The notes beneath the pieces were generated by a model. The model had not been told where the DNA came from. It saw only the letters and a program-made list of their open reading frames with translations, and ran no database searches. A stretch of DNA of 64,000 nucleotides from NCBI RefSeq assembly GCF_026571515.1, contig NW_026866846.1:62001-126000 (forward strand). Reading direction: 5' to 3'. Each line of letters starts with the position of its first letter. Position 1 is the stretch's first letter. This DNA is from Ruditapes philippinarum. Lineage: Eukaryota. Below are positions 28,072-40,019 of this stretch, in pieces. Made by a program: the position numbers and the translations under genes.

Positions 28072-29953
28072 CTTGTTTAAATAGAAACCCTTGGTGTCCG
28101 GTTGGATATGTCTGTCAACGTCTACCAACGGAAACACCAGGTCAATTCGAAGATAGTTGTGTCCGTAAGTGTGAAACGTATGTTTTCATGTTTATTCATG
28201 CCATCATGTGGTAATCGGGTAAAGCATATTTGTCAGGAATTTTAGCAGAAAGCCACACCTATTCTTTGCTTTATATTGAGATTCAAAGAAAATGTTCTAT
28301 ATAAAACTTTATTTCATATGATTTTGGTGTTTCCGTTATGTTTTACCCATGCTGGACATTTCATATTGCATGGTGGACCAGATAAGTTTCGTGCTCTAAA
28401 AGACGTTATTTAAGCCCATTTTAAAATGGCATCATTTTCCTGTTATAAAGTTTTTAATATAGGAATATAGTTATTTTAATCCTCGTAAGCATTTTTTGAA
28501 ACATTATTAGATGAAAGATCTCACGTCTTTCTATAAAATTTGACATTTCAAAATAGCAAAACTGGTGCTTGAAATGGATTTACCCATAGAGATATCATTT
28601 ATGCTATGATATTATCAATCAAACAGATATAAGTGATCAATTAATAATGTCTTATTTTTTTTGAAGATTTAAAACGTTTAAAAGTATCAATTTTTGATAT
28701 CGAACTGCTTCTTCAATGTGGCTTCAAACTTATTTTCTCCTCTCTGATTTATTTGATTTTAATTAAATGTCTGCACTTTTATACAGGACATTCAAATCAT
28801 ATAGAGACGGTGTTAGGGTGCTAGAGCTTGAATGTTGCATGCGTCATTTTTTATCAGAAACTAAATTGTGTCAAGAAATGGTCTGTAATTTTTGACCTAC
28901 ATATGTACGTTGGTCTTGAGGTATCTATTTCAAATTATTTTGATATAATTATTCACTTCTGTAAGCTTTAGTTGCTGGTTTATGGTTTGCACTGCATATT
29001 CATATTTTGTTTCATCTGTTTAAAGGCGCATTAGATCGCAAATAGAAAAAATACATTTTTCTTTAGAAAGTATGTTTATAAAGTTTTAAACTGAGTTCAA
29101 AGCATTAGAAAAAAATATAATTTGAAGAGGATAGCGCTAAATGTGAATTAACTTGTATTAAATGTAGAAGTAGGAAAACGTTATCAAATGATATTTTGAG
29201 TTCCATACAAAACAAAGATACCTATAACATATATGTAATAGAAGCAAATGTTATTTTAGCTGTATGGCAAGTATTAATCTGTATGAGAATCTTTAAGCAT
29301 TGTACTTTTCAATCTACCTTATTTGTTATTTTAAACTTCTTTATATAGTACAACAGCGACAAAGGTCGTCCGTCAGACCGTCAACAATGCTTTCTGGATT
29401 GCACAATATCGGGTCTGGAAGAAGGTTACCTAGAACAAGACCTTCATCCTCAAATTTACCTGGGTCAAATTCACCAAGCGATCACTTAGATATACCAACA
29501 ATAAATCGTAATAATCCGGAGCCCCAGATACCTTTGTCATGGATACCACAGGTTGTACAGGACAACGATATTCCTAGCTCAGGAAATGTGGGACGCCGCA
29601 CGGTAACATTAGATGATATCATCAGGGAACAGTCACTTGAAGCAAGAGATGGAATAAGGCCTGGCCTTTTGAAAAAGAATGGTGTACAGAGACAACCTTT
29701 GACTAGAAACCACGCCTTTCAAAGGACACCTGTTCCCAGTAATAGAAACCAAGACAATATGCTTATTTCTACAGCAGCATCACCGTTTGGAGTATTTAAT
29801 TCAACAACAACGCGTCGGAATGATACAACTCGTTTGCCAATTAATACACAGGAATGTAAACCGTGTACAAATCACGCTGATTGTAATGACATATTTACAT
29901 ATTGCATAAACAAAACACCGTGTACTGGGAAAGTGTGTTTTAAAGTCACTTGA
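28072..29953 (+). CDS. Cluster gene D (5' signal exons not identified): Cys module + Arg/Pro/Ser/Asn-rich region + 6-Cys module
   Basis: Exon 28072-28164 (phase 1-1; CLNRNPWCPVGYVCQRLPTETPGQFEDSCV) and exon 29349-29953 (ORF 29300-29953) ending ECKPCTNHADCNDIFTYCINKTPCTGKVCFKVT*. Confidence 0.75.
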
Positions 29954-30529
29954 CATATGTATTTTATAGATTGCTTTCAGTGTGCATACAATTTTTATTA
30001 TGAAAAACGACATAATATTTGCAAGAAATGGCATTGAACTATTGGACTTATTACAGATGGCAATAGTTCATGTTTCTATGAATTTATATGAATGCATTGT
30101 ATTTTTATCAGTATCAGTATCCTTGATTGCTTGAAAAAATAATCCATGTTGTTATTTTTAGTTTGACACAAATATTTGTAAAGCTTGAAATGCTTTTCAT
30201 TCTGGCTACTTTTTATGGAAATAAAATGAACATAACTGTTATATTGTTATCATATTAAAGCTTAGCATGTAATATTGTAGTCCATATCTCCATGTTGGAC
30301 TGTTGTGACTTCCGCCATTATTGAATGTAAGAATGCTACAGAGATAAGTGGTATAAGGTCAATTGTTCTACTAGCTTAAAGGAACTTGAACATATCCATA
30401 ATAATACTAATAATACTAATAAAAATAACGACTTTATTTAAAGTCGCAACACTGTTTTGCAAGCACAGTGAGTCTCAGCCTCTATAAAAGTAAATGATAT
30501 TGCCACATGAAAAACAAACGCAATGAATC

Positions 30530-31840
30530 TATGATTGATTATGAATTATGTCTAGCTGAAACTAAAGTATTTCTTCACCAGTGAAGCAATTTATTATGAT
30601 TGATAATGAATGTCCAGCTGAATCTAAAGTATTTCTTCGCCAGTGAAGCAATTTATTATGATTGATAATGAATGTCCAGCTGAATCTAAAGTATTTCTTC
30701 ACCAGTAAAGCAATTTATTATGATTGATAATGAATGTCTAGCTGAATCTAAAGTATTTTTTCACCAGTGAAGCAATTTATTATGATTGATAATGAATGTC
30801 CAGCTGAATCTAAAGTATTTCTTCACTAGTGAAGCAATTTATTATGATTGATAATGAATGTCCAGCTGAATCTAAAGTATTTCTTCACCAGTGAAGCAAT
30901 TTATTATGATTGATAATGAATGTCCAGCTGAATCTAAAGTATTTCTTCACCAGTGAAGCAATTTATTATGATTGATAATGAATGTCTAGCTGAATCTAAA
31001 GTATTTCTTCACCAGTGAAGCAATTTATTATGATTGATAATGAATGTCTAGCTGAATCTAAAGTATTTCTTCACCAGTGAAGCAATTTATTATGATTGAT
31101 AATGAATGTCTAGCTGAATCTAAAGTATTTCTTCACCAGTGAAGCAATTTATTATGATTGATAATGAATGTCCAGCTGAATCTAAAGTATTTCTTCACCA
31201 GTGAAGCAATTTATTATGATTGATAATGAATGTCTAGCTGAATCTAAAGTATTTCTTCACCAGTGAAGCAATTTATTATGATTGATAATGAATGTCTAGC
31301 TGAATCTTAAGTATTTCTTCACCAGTGGAGCAATTTACTATGATTGATAATGAATGATGTCTAGCTGAATCTAAAGTATTTCTTCACCAGTGAAGCAATT
31401 TATTATGATTGATAATGAATGTCTAGCTGAATCTAAAGTATTTTTTCACCAGTGAAGCAATTTATTATGATTGATAATGAATGTCTAGCTGAATCTAAAG
31501 TATTTCTTCACCAGTGAAGCAATTTATTATGATTGATAATGAATGTCCAGCTGAATCTAAAGTATTTCTTCACCAGTGAAGCAATTTATTATGATTGATA
31601 ATGAATGTCTAGCTGAATCTAAAGTATTTCTTCACCAGTGAAGAAATTTACTTTGATTGATGATTTAATATCGGTTTAATATCAAAGCTATTTCTTAACC
31701 AGTAAAGCAATAAACTTTGATTGAGGATTGAATGTCTAGCATAATCTAAAGTATTTCTTCGCCAGTGAAGCAATTAAGTTTGGCCGATAATGAATGTCTA
31801 GCAGAATCTTAGGTATTTCCTTACCAGTGAAGCAATTCAC
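30530..31840. repeat. 62-bp tandem repeat (minisatellite), ~21 copies
   Basis: Unit gctgaatctaaagtatttcttcaccagtgaagcaatttattatgattgataatgaatgtc(c/t)a. Period 62 (30614 to 30676), homogeneous centre, degenerate edges. Confidence 0.95.
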
Positions 31841-33224
31841 TTGTATAAAGTATGTATGAATTAAAACCTAGCGAAATAATAAATATGATTAAGACAGTCC
31901 TTAAGCTGAAGTATCGGCATAAATAAAGTTAATTCAAAATATCTATGGAATAAAAATGAATTTGATATTGATTTTCTAATTATTGATTATGATTATACTA
32001 TAGTTAATCATTTTATAAGGTATTATTTTTCAGTCATAAAATGTACATTCAAATAATAATGTTCATTAATTCAACTGGGGTCAACATGAATGCACCGCAA
32101 AAGCAGAAGCTTAAATGAATCATAGCTTTAAAACAATTTTACTAGTACATGCAATATTTATTTCCATAACTTCCTTTCTCGGCACAATAACAATTTAGTT
32201 AATTAAACACTGGCAGTCTTTGTTTGATATCTGAAATGATATTTCTCAAAGCAATTTTGTGTCATAAAACTTTCATTTTATTAATGAGATGTGTGCGTAG
32301 ACCTATAGGTATGTGAATAAACAATATCAAAGGTAGTATTTCTGAGTTTGAATCAATCTGTGTCCCTTACAACGCACCAAATTAAGAAACGCTTAAAATA
32401 TCAGTATCCTACAGCGCTTTGCATTATATCTATAATAAAATACAGACAATTCAAGAATCACTTTTATAAATACAGGTTAAGAGTTGCTTCCCAGTATAAG
32501 CTTTTTGTGCATGTCTTATTATTTTAAGTTGTAGTAATAAATGTCAAATGTTTTTCCTCAATTTAATATATTGTTAGATAAGATAAGTTCAAATCAAATT
32601 GAAAAGTAATTGAATTCATCGCATATCAACAGAATAAAATGTTCTATTGTTAATAAGCCAGCATTTACAACAATTTGTATAAAACGATTAAAATCTTGTA
32701 ACATGAAACACTCATGTAATTAATACATGTTTATGATTTATAAAACATGGGAAATGCCTGTGAAATGGATACAAAATCTACGTAAATTTTTCTATAAAAT
32801 CTTAGAGGATGCTATTGTAAGATTGTGAAGTTTTAAATAATGTTAAGTCACTTCTCAAGAACCAATTTATACATTTATGATGCAGATATTACTGAAGAAA
32901 AATAAATAAAAAAGAAACTAGTATATAATGTTTTGCTTTAAACTGGTCCGTTTAATTATTTTATGATTACTTTAATGATCTATGCTCTTTGTTTCCAGTA
33001 GTTGAAGCATACAGAAATCAAATATTTACTAATAAAAACATGAAAATATAAGTCAAATACAATGACTGACCATGTTGAGAAGTATGGTATATTGTCGTAT
33101 AGGATATTTATAAAACACCAGTATCACCCATTACAGTCATTCGAGACGACTCAATTAGTTCAATGAGAGTGAGAAGACAAATATGAGCTATCTATTTGAA
33201 TAATAAAGATCTATTTAATGATAT

Positions 33225-33510
33225 ATTATTAGTTATAAAGATTGTTGACATGTTATATGGCCCTATATAACGGCTGTTTGTAAATATAATCCGAGCCGCT
33301 AGGCGAGGGTTATATTGCAAACAGCCGTTTATATACGGCCATATAACCTATCAACAATCTTTATAACGAATTTATAATACAGCAAACATCATTTTTAGAG
33401 AAAAAAGTAAGATTTCTTCATGAATCGACAACAGCCGTGTATATAAAACTATATAAACGTCACGATTATCCAATGAAAAGCGACGTTACAAACGTGCAGT
33501 ATTATAAAAT
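33225..33510. mobile_element. Hairpin-type non-autonomous DNA element (family of 19250-19640)
   Basis: Same palindrome, plus gatttcttcatgaatcgacaacagccgtgtata, the reverse complement of the ~19297-19330 segment. Confidence 0.7.
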
Positions 33511-33930
33511 TATATATATGTGCTGATACGATTTGATGCATTTATAACAAGCTATAATTAATTTAAGTTATCTGGCAGAGTTAAGTATGACCATATAAAT
33601 ACTTTCAAAAGTTTATTTCTAACTGCATTACGCTTCAAATAAATTTCTCTAAATAACTGAAATCTAGCAATCTGGAAACATAGAAACAGACTCTTTATAT
33701 TTGCCGTTCTTTTGATGATTTAATTTCTGAAAGGCATCTGTACTTGAGCATACTTCGTCTTTCATTGTGTTGCAATATCTTTCTGGTCCTTCATGATCAT
33801 TGGTTCAATTTTTTTACTGTGGTGACAATTGAATACTGCTAAAGCGTGAAAGATGTTGAACCAATTGTTTAAGAACAAATCTTCAATGAACAAAGTCAAA
33901 TCCAGTCAGCAATTTCAACTGTTCATTACT

Positions 33931-33992
33931 TTTTTTTTTTTTTTTTTTTTTTTCAGGCCCCAACTGGGTCACCCCATTTATTTCAAATTCTC
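33931..33992 (-). mobile_element. Tiny polyadenylated retrotransposed insertion with 16-bp TSD
   Basis: tcaactgttcattact is duplicated at 33915-33930 and 33993-34008. The minus strand between reads gagaatttga-AATAAA-tggggtgacccagttggggcctg-A(~23). Confidence 0.85.
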
Positions 33993-34740
33993 TCAACTGT
34001 TCATTACTAATTTACCAGTTTTTAAGTCCCATCACAAGGTGTTAATTGCTGTTGTAATTTGTTAAACAATGCCAAGTACTTGATATGGAGCTTTGCAATT
34101 CTGTGTTAATTTAGCCGTTTTCATGCTGATTTTAAAAATTTTAGGTCATATTTCGGCGAGCTATCAAACCGGCTTTCCTTGATAGCAAACAAGTCATTAA
34201 CAATTTCTCAACAAATTTTCACAAGTGACCAACTGCAAATCAGAAATGATTTTTGAATCAGATGTGACAGACAAACGACAACTTAACCCAACGTTCGAGA
34301 TAAATTGACGAATAACGCCTCCTTTGAGGACGGAATCAGCGGCGCCTGTATAACTAATCCGATTCTTTTCGGGCGGACTCCTTCGCAATCACTTGTACTT
34401 CTGAGCCGGTCTATTGGTTGTGGGCGCGATTTTAAACTATTTAGAATATCTCTGAATTATACAAACATTTACATCTTTCAACTTCTATTGATCTGAAAGG
34501 ATCTAATCTGCCACCATTTTCAAGCTTATAGCAACAAATATATTTCTTTACTGTATGAATATCTAGCTATCGTTTCACCTTTGCGTTTCACATTTTCATT
34601 TGTTTTCGGTGAACAAACACAATAGATCTATCTAATGTTTAACACAGTTCATTATACTTGCTAAATAATGACAAACCAGTTTAATTAGGTAAATAATTCA
34701 CATAACTGTCTTTGTACTTGTCATTTGTTTTCTTTCCAAA

Positions 34741-37462
34741 ATGGATGAAGAAATACTTGTAATCATTAAACTTTTGGTAAGTTTAAACTTGTTTTATGTG
34801 ATCTTTCTTTTTTTTACATAGCTTTTTTCAGACGGATAAGGTTAACATGTAATAGAGATGCAAGAACAGAATTATTTAGTTATTTGATTCAACTAATTAA
34901 GCACATAAGTTACTAATGTTACTTTGTCAATCTATAGCATTCATGCTGAGTTAATTTCTAGGCATATTTGATATTCTTATTAAAATCATCATGGTTTAAA
35001 ATGGCAAACGAAATGGTTGACCGTAGTTTGATTATTTACCAACTGTTATCTTCTTCAATATCGATATTGTACGAATATCTGTATTGTATATGTAGTACAT
35101 GTACTTGTTATACTGAAAAGGTCAATTGTATTAAACATGCAACATATTAACTTTGTCACTGTTACGTAATATAATTGAAGTTTAATTGTAAACCAAACAA
35201 AGCCATAGCGCACTACAAAATTTACCACGTGTCGATCTTTATGAGGATATAGCGTATATATCAGCCACTGTTATTTTTAAAGCATTTCCTCGAAAAACAT
35301 GTGCGATGCAAAAATGGGCGAAGATAGATCACAAGACAAAATATTTTTACACGTTTGGCGTATAAATAAATCCTCAACTCACAAAACATATTTGAATGAC
35401 ATGAATTGTTTGAACCTCATCTGGTCGCCAATATTGGTTAATGATATAATGTTTTTTTAAAAAGATCTTGACGAAAATCTCTTAAATTGCTAGTCCAACT
35501 GCAACTGTTGCCCAATGTAATGTGTCCTGCATATGACTAAAGCAGTTATTATAATTAAGAATTATGTAATGCTAATACATATTGTAATTGTATTACTTGA
35601 TAACCAAATCTTCATTCACTGAAAATGTTCAGTTCTTAAATTTAATATTATTTTTTAAAGGTTCTCTCTTTTGTATTGAGCATTGCGATTGGTCAGTGTC
35701 CGGTAAGTGTATTTTTATTAACTTGTATTTGTAACATAGTCTTTTATGTATTCTATTAATAATAGCAAATGGTCTAACAAAATGCTACGTAGTGGAACCA
35801 AAACAACAACATTAGGTTTATGTTAGACGAAATATTTGCAATTTATATCATTTCCAATTGAAATTTTGTCAAGATTGCAATCGTATTTTTGTATTCGTTA
35901 AATTATTTAGTTTGATTATTCTGTACCTATACCATTTCTTAAACCACATTTGTAAACAGCATGTGACTTTGGTTATACATGTATTTGCAAACAATCGTTT
36001 ATATATGGCTATATAACCCGTCAAAAATCTGTATACTTAATACATGGGACGTTAAGTCATGTAGTTTAAAAGAGGTTTGCGAAAAAGGTATGCAATTTCA
36101 ACTTGAAACTTATTGACTTTTTTCAGGTCGGCTTCGATTGTCCTGTTGGCCAAATTTGTGCAATGGCTAGACAGGACTACGGTCCAGCACGTCCAGAATG
36201 TATCAGTGAGTGTTAAATGCTATACTTTTCAAAAATGTTAAGAGTTATGTGCGAGCATACAGTAAAAGGTTCAGCTATAAGGTGTCTTTTTGTGCTCAGT
36301 TTGAAAAATTCATCATACAAATATGTGTATTACTAAATATAATTTAACTCTTAACAACTCATCATGAAAAAATGCCAATTTCATTGTCATAGATACATGT
36401 ACAGGTGTATTTATGTCAATTCGTTCCGCCGTTTGTTTTTATAAAAGTAGTTGTAAAATCATACAATACTATAAGAAAAAAAGATACGAAGAAAATGAAA
36501 TTAATTTCAACGTAATTGAGATAAAGCATTTCATATCACATGCGTTCGCAAGGAAAACACTGACATGTGCCGTTCGGATCAGAATATCCGTCCTGCAGGT
36601 ACATACCTATGGGCAAACCATGTTACCGCCCAGTAGACAGGTACCCTAGGGACGGATATTTTGATGTAAAACATTATATTTGACAGATATTACCAATCGG
36701 GTATACATGTTTATAACATTTATTTAAGACTCGGGAGGTGAGGAGGCCGCTTTATTACATCAGGCTATGGGAGGCAGACCAGCAAGTCCATATACAAGAG
36801 CAGATCATTTCGGATTTAATCGTTATCGAGGATCCCGATATCATTCTGGATATTTTGGACGCCCATATCTTGGCTTCCGAGACCCCTATGTAAGAGATAA
36901 TTGGAATCTAAGGACAGGCAGATCTAGATATCCGATCGGTATAACCAGATATCCTTCCGTGTTTGGACGCCAAGTTCAAACTTTCGGTGGGTATGTTCCA
37001 ACGGAATTGCCCGGTTTTCACGCTCATAAAATTGGCCCACGTCCAAGTGTTGTTAATGACATGACTGGATTAAAACGTCATAATGTGACCGTCGATAATA
37101 ACAATAAGAATGTTCTCACGCAAAACGGGTCAGGAAATGTGGATGTGAACCAAGTTGCATCACAATCTGCTACACCTACGCCTCCTGTTGATCCCATGCA
37201 TCCAAAACATCCTGGTCCTCTTGTTCCAGTTGACATCCATGATGTTCTTGGTCCAGGAATTCATCCGAAAATCACACATCCAGAAGTTGATCTACCTGTA
37301 GAACCAGTGGCTGGGCATGGTAACCAAGGTATCCCTCTTGGATTTGTACAACCAGTGGCTGGACATGGTAACCAAGGTATCCCTCTTGGATTTGTAGAAC
37401 CAGTAGCTGGACATGGAAATCAAGGTATCCCTCTTGGATTTGCAAAACCACGTGTTGTTTAG
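34741..37462 (+). CDS. Cluster gene E: secreted Tyr/Arg/Gly- then His/Pro-rich protein, ~296 aa, no C-terminal Cys module
   Basis: Exons 34741-34776 (MDEEILVIIKLL), 35661-35702 (VLSFVLSIAIGQCP), 36127-36205 (VGFDCPVGQICAMARQDYGPARPECI), 36729-37462 (SGGEEAALLHQAMGG..., ORF 36767-37462). Phases 0,0,1, 891 nt in frame. AATAAA at ~37749. Confidence 0.88.
37301..37444 (+). repeat. Coding 48-bp tandem repeat x3: (E/Q)PVAGHGNQGIPLGF(V/A)
   Basis: Three near-identical 16-codon units at the C-terminus of gene E. Confidence 0.95.
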
Positions 37463-38113
37463 AGGACGATTTATTTATATTGTTTTATATAAAAGCAAAA
37501 CATCTCACAAAAAGGAATCAAATGATCTAGTTTTCTTTGAACGCCGCCTTTCCTTGTTGTTCTTTTTCATCATATTTTGTATTTTGTCATTATCTTACTT
37601 TATTACAAAAATGCAAAAGAAGAGAGTATAATAGTTGTGAAAATAACATAAAGCGACAATTTGCTAGTTTGTTTCGCAGTATGTTTTGCTTTTGTATTTA
37701 GATAGCTTTTTATAATCGTTGTATATGTTCTTAAGCGATTTGCTTTGCAATAAAAGAAAATCTATAATGTGTTCCATTTTCTTGTTTTAATTATTTTTTG
37801 ACGTCAAAGGAATGAATTTAGTAAAATTATGTTCACAAAATGAGTAAATGTGAAACTATTGCATGAATAACTTTTAAATATTTTCTTACTTTATGATTTT
37901 AGCGAGGATATTACAAATGTCTATTACCGTCAATTACTAGTATATTACATTGTATATGATTTCATATAATGATGAACTGATCTTATGTCTTATAGTAAAG
38001 TCTGATTTTTAGGAGATTTTTGTATATATGAGGTAACTGTAACACGCAACGTCACTTACTGGATTACACCACTTATAATTTTCGTTGCTACCGTAATTTA
38101 TTTAACATTTCAA

Positions 38114-38492
38114 GTGTTAAAGGGGATTGGACGGTAACATACATTGTCCACTATCATCCATGAACAGGCTCAATAAAACAAAGCCTGTGACATTTTTAAT
38201 TTTGACGCTTTGGGCGTTCTTTAGGGATTCCGTTTTTTCACCTAATTTCCTGATTGGTTTTTACTTCACAACAACAGGTGTCCAGTGCTGTGTGGCAGCT
38301 GCTAAAAGTTGCCTCAAACTTCACTTCAGTATTGTTGTATTGTTCTGGTCTTTTGAGCAGTGATTCCTGCAGCACGTTATTGTTGAAGATATTGATTACC
38401 TTCAAAGCTGGAGATGGGGTGATTGGGAGATGTTGCGCTTAAATCTATATTATCTCTGTTGAACAGACTCAATACGCCCGAGTCTGCAATTC
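38114..38492. repeat. Repeat family R1, ~1.3 tandem units
   Basis: Hairpin motif recurs at ~38164 and ~38463 (period ~299). Homologous to 1-300 and 62945-63070. Confidence 0.85.
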
Positions 38493-39890
38493 GCATACAT
38501 TATTGTTTTACTGCTTATCAGGAATCAATCCTCTTCCAGACTGATACTAGAATGAGCAGGTTGCGTTGAAACAGTTGGTTGCTGTTTGTTTGTTTGTTTA
38601 TTTATTATTTTGCTTCAGCATACGTGACTATGCCTTATGACACCGTTTGCCTGCAAACGTGAAATTTTTCATGTATGCTGTTAATCTAAATAATAGATTA
38701 CCTGATAAAAATCGTTTATAATAGCTTTCTTTTAGCAGCTGAGATCAATTATTTAATCAATTCCCTTTATACATTCCAGACTTATGATATCTCAGTTACA
38801 CATGTCCTCAGAAAATGATCAAATATATACTCACCACTAATATAAATTGTGGTTTCCAAATATTAAGGCATATTGTTTTGTGCCTTACGATACAAGTAAA
38901 TCTACACATTTTGTTTAGACTTCCAAGAGACATACATACATAACTGGTGTCTGTCTGTCATATATATCTCCACAGACTACAGCATTCGGAGGCTATGGGA
39001 AAATTGAAGTGTTGAGTTGTATCACATAAAGTTCACTAACATAGTTCACACATACAAAAACAATATTGTGAAGAAAAACTTCTGCTTCCTTTGATGATAC
39101 ACAATTTGAATTTTATCAGCTTGCAATACATGATACAGTGATTGAAAATAAAAGTTGCTTGTAAACACATTAACGCATATATACATTGAATTGCGTAGGG
39201 TTTCTGCAAATGATACAGTGATTTCGTTTCTACAAAGGGAACATTATGAATTAACCTGATAAAGGTATAAAAAAATAAAAACATACAACCTGAAATCAAG
39301 CTTGCAAAAACTTCTGCATGTAATTAAAGCAAATATGTTAACCTGACTTTATTGCAATATGTAAATTAAAAGAATTCTAAATAAAGACAAAGCTCGAGTT
39401 AAACTTTTACTGTTAACGATAATTTCGATTTTAAATAGACCAATTAATGAACAATTTGGCTATTTTGCAATTCAAATCAGTCTATATGTTAATAACCAAT
39501 AAAGATATATTTATTTGAGGTTTCTATATCATTGATACAGTAAAACACTGGCCAATAAAAATGTTTGCCTTATCAATCAGCCAGGGTGAATGGTCGTTTG
39601 TAAGTGCATTATATCAATTTTTGTTTTGCATTAGATGGATGTTACAAAGTATGCTTTGCTTATTCATTATCCCTAGATTTTTCAAGTGAGGCAGCGACTC
39701 TGAATAAATATTATCACTGACAAAATGATAAAAAACTAGGGCTGTAATCCCAAATAAAAATCCTTTAACAATACATTAACCATTCTATAATTGAATAATT
39801 ATAACGGGGTCAAATAAAGGATTGCATTGTAATAGTGGTTTGAATCGTGCGATCTTTTGGATGGGCCCTTCTTTAAATTCCTGTCATCCT

Positions 39891-39930
39891 TGATTGACAT
39901 TGATTTGTTTGACGTAAAGGCAATGTTAAT
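39891..39930 (+). promoter_or_regulatory. Composite promoter element of gene F: TGATTGACAT + TGACGTAA + GTTAAT
   Basis: Matches the elements upstream of C and G in order, spacing and distance to ATG. Confidence 0.6.
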
Positions 39931-40019
39931 GATTGGCGCGTTAGATCACCAAATGCAAATTAAGTAAACGATATATATCAAGTAAGCACTCTTCAATTCA
40001 TTTATTTAGTGACTTCAAA

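Noticed and set aside
30530-31840. CRISPR-like array
   Set aside because: Units are contiguous near-identical 62-mers with no unique spacers, no cas genes, and a eukaryotic context.
38127-38363. Plus-strand ORF similar to 62939-63169 as a paralogous gene pair
   Set aside because: Similarity is explained by the R1 nucleotide repeat; other copies have stops or shifts in this frame.
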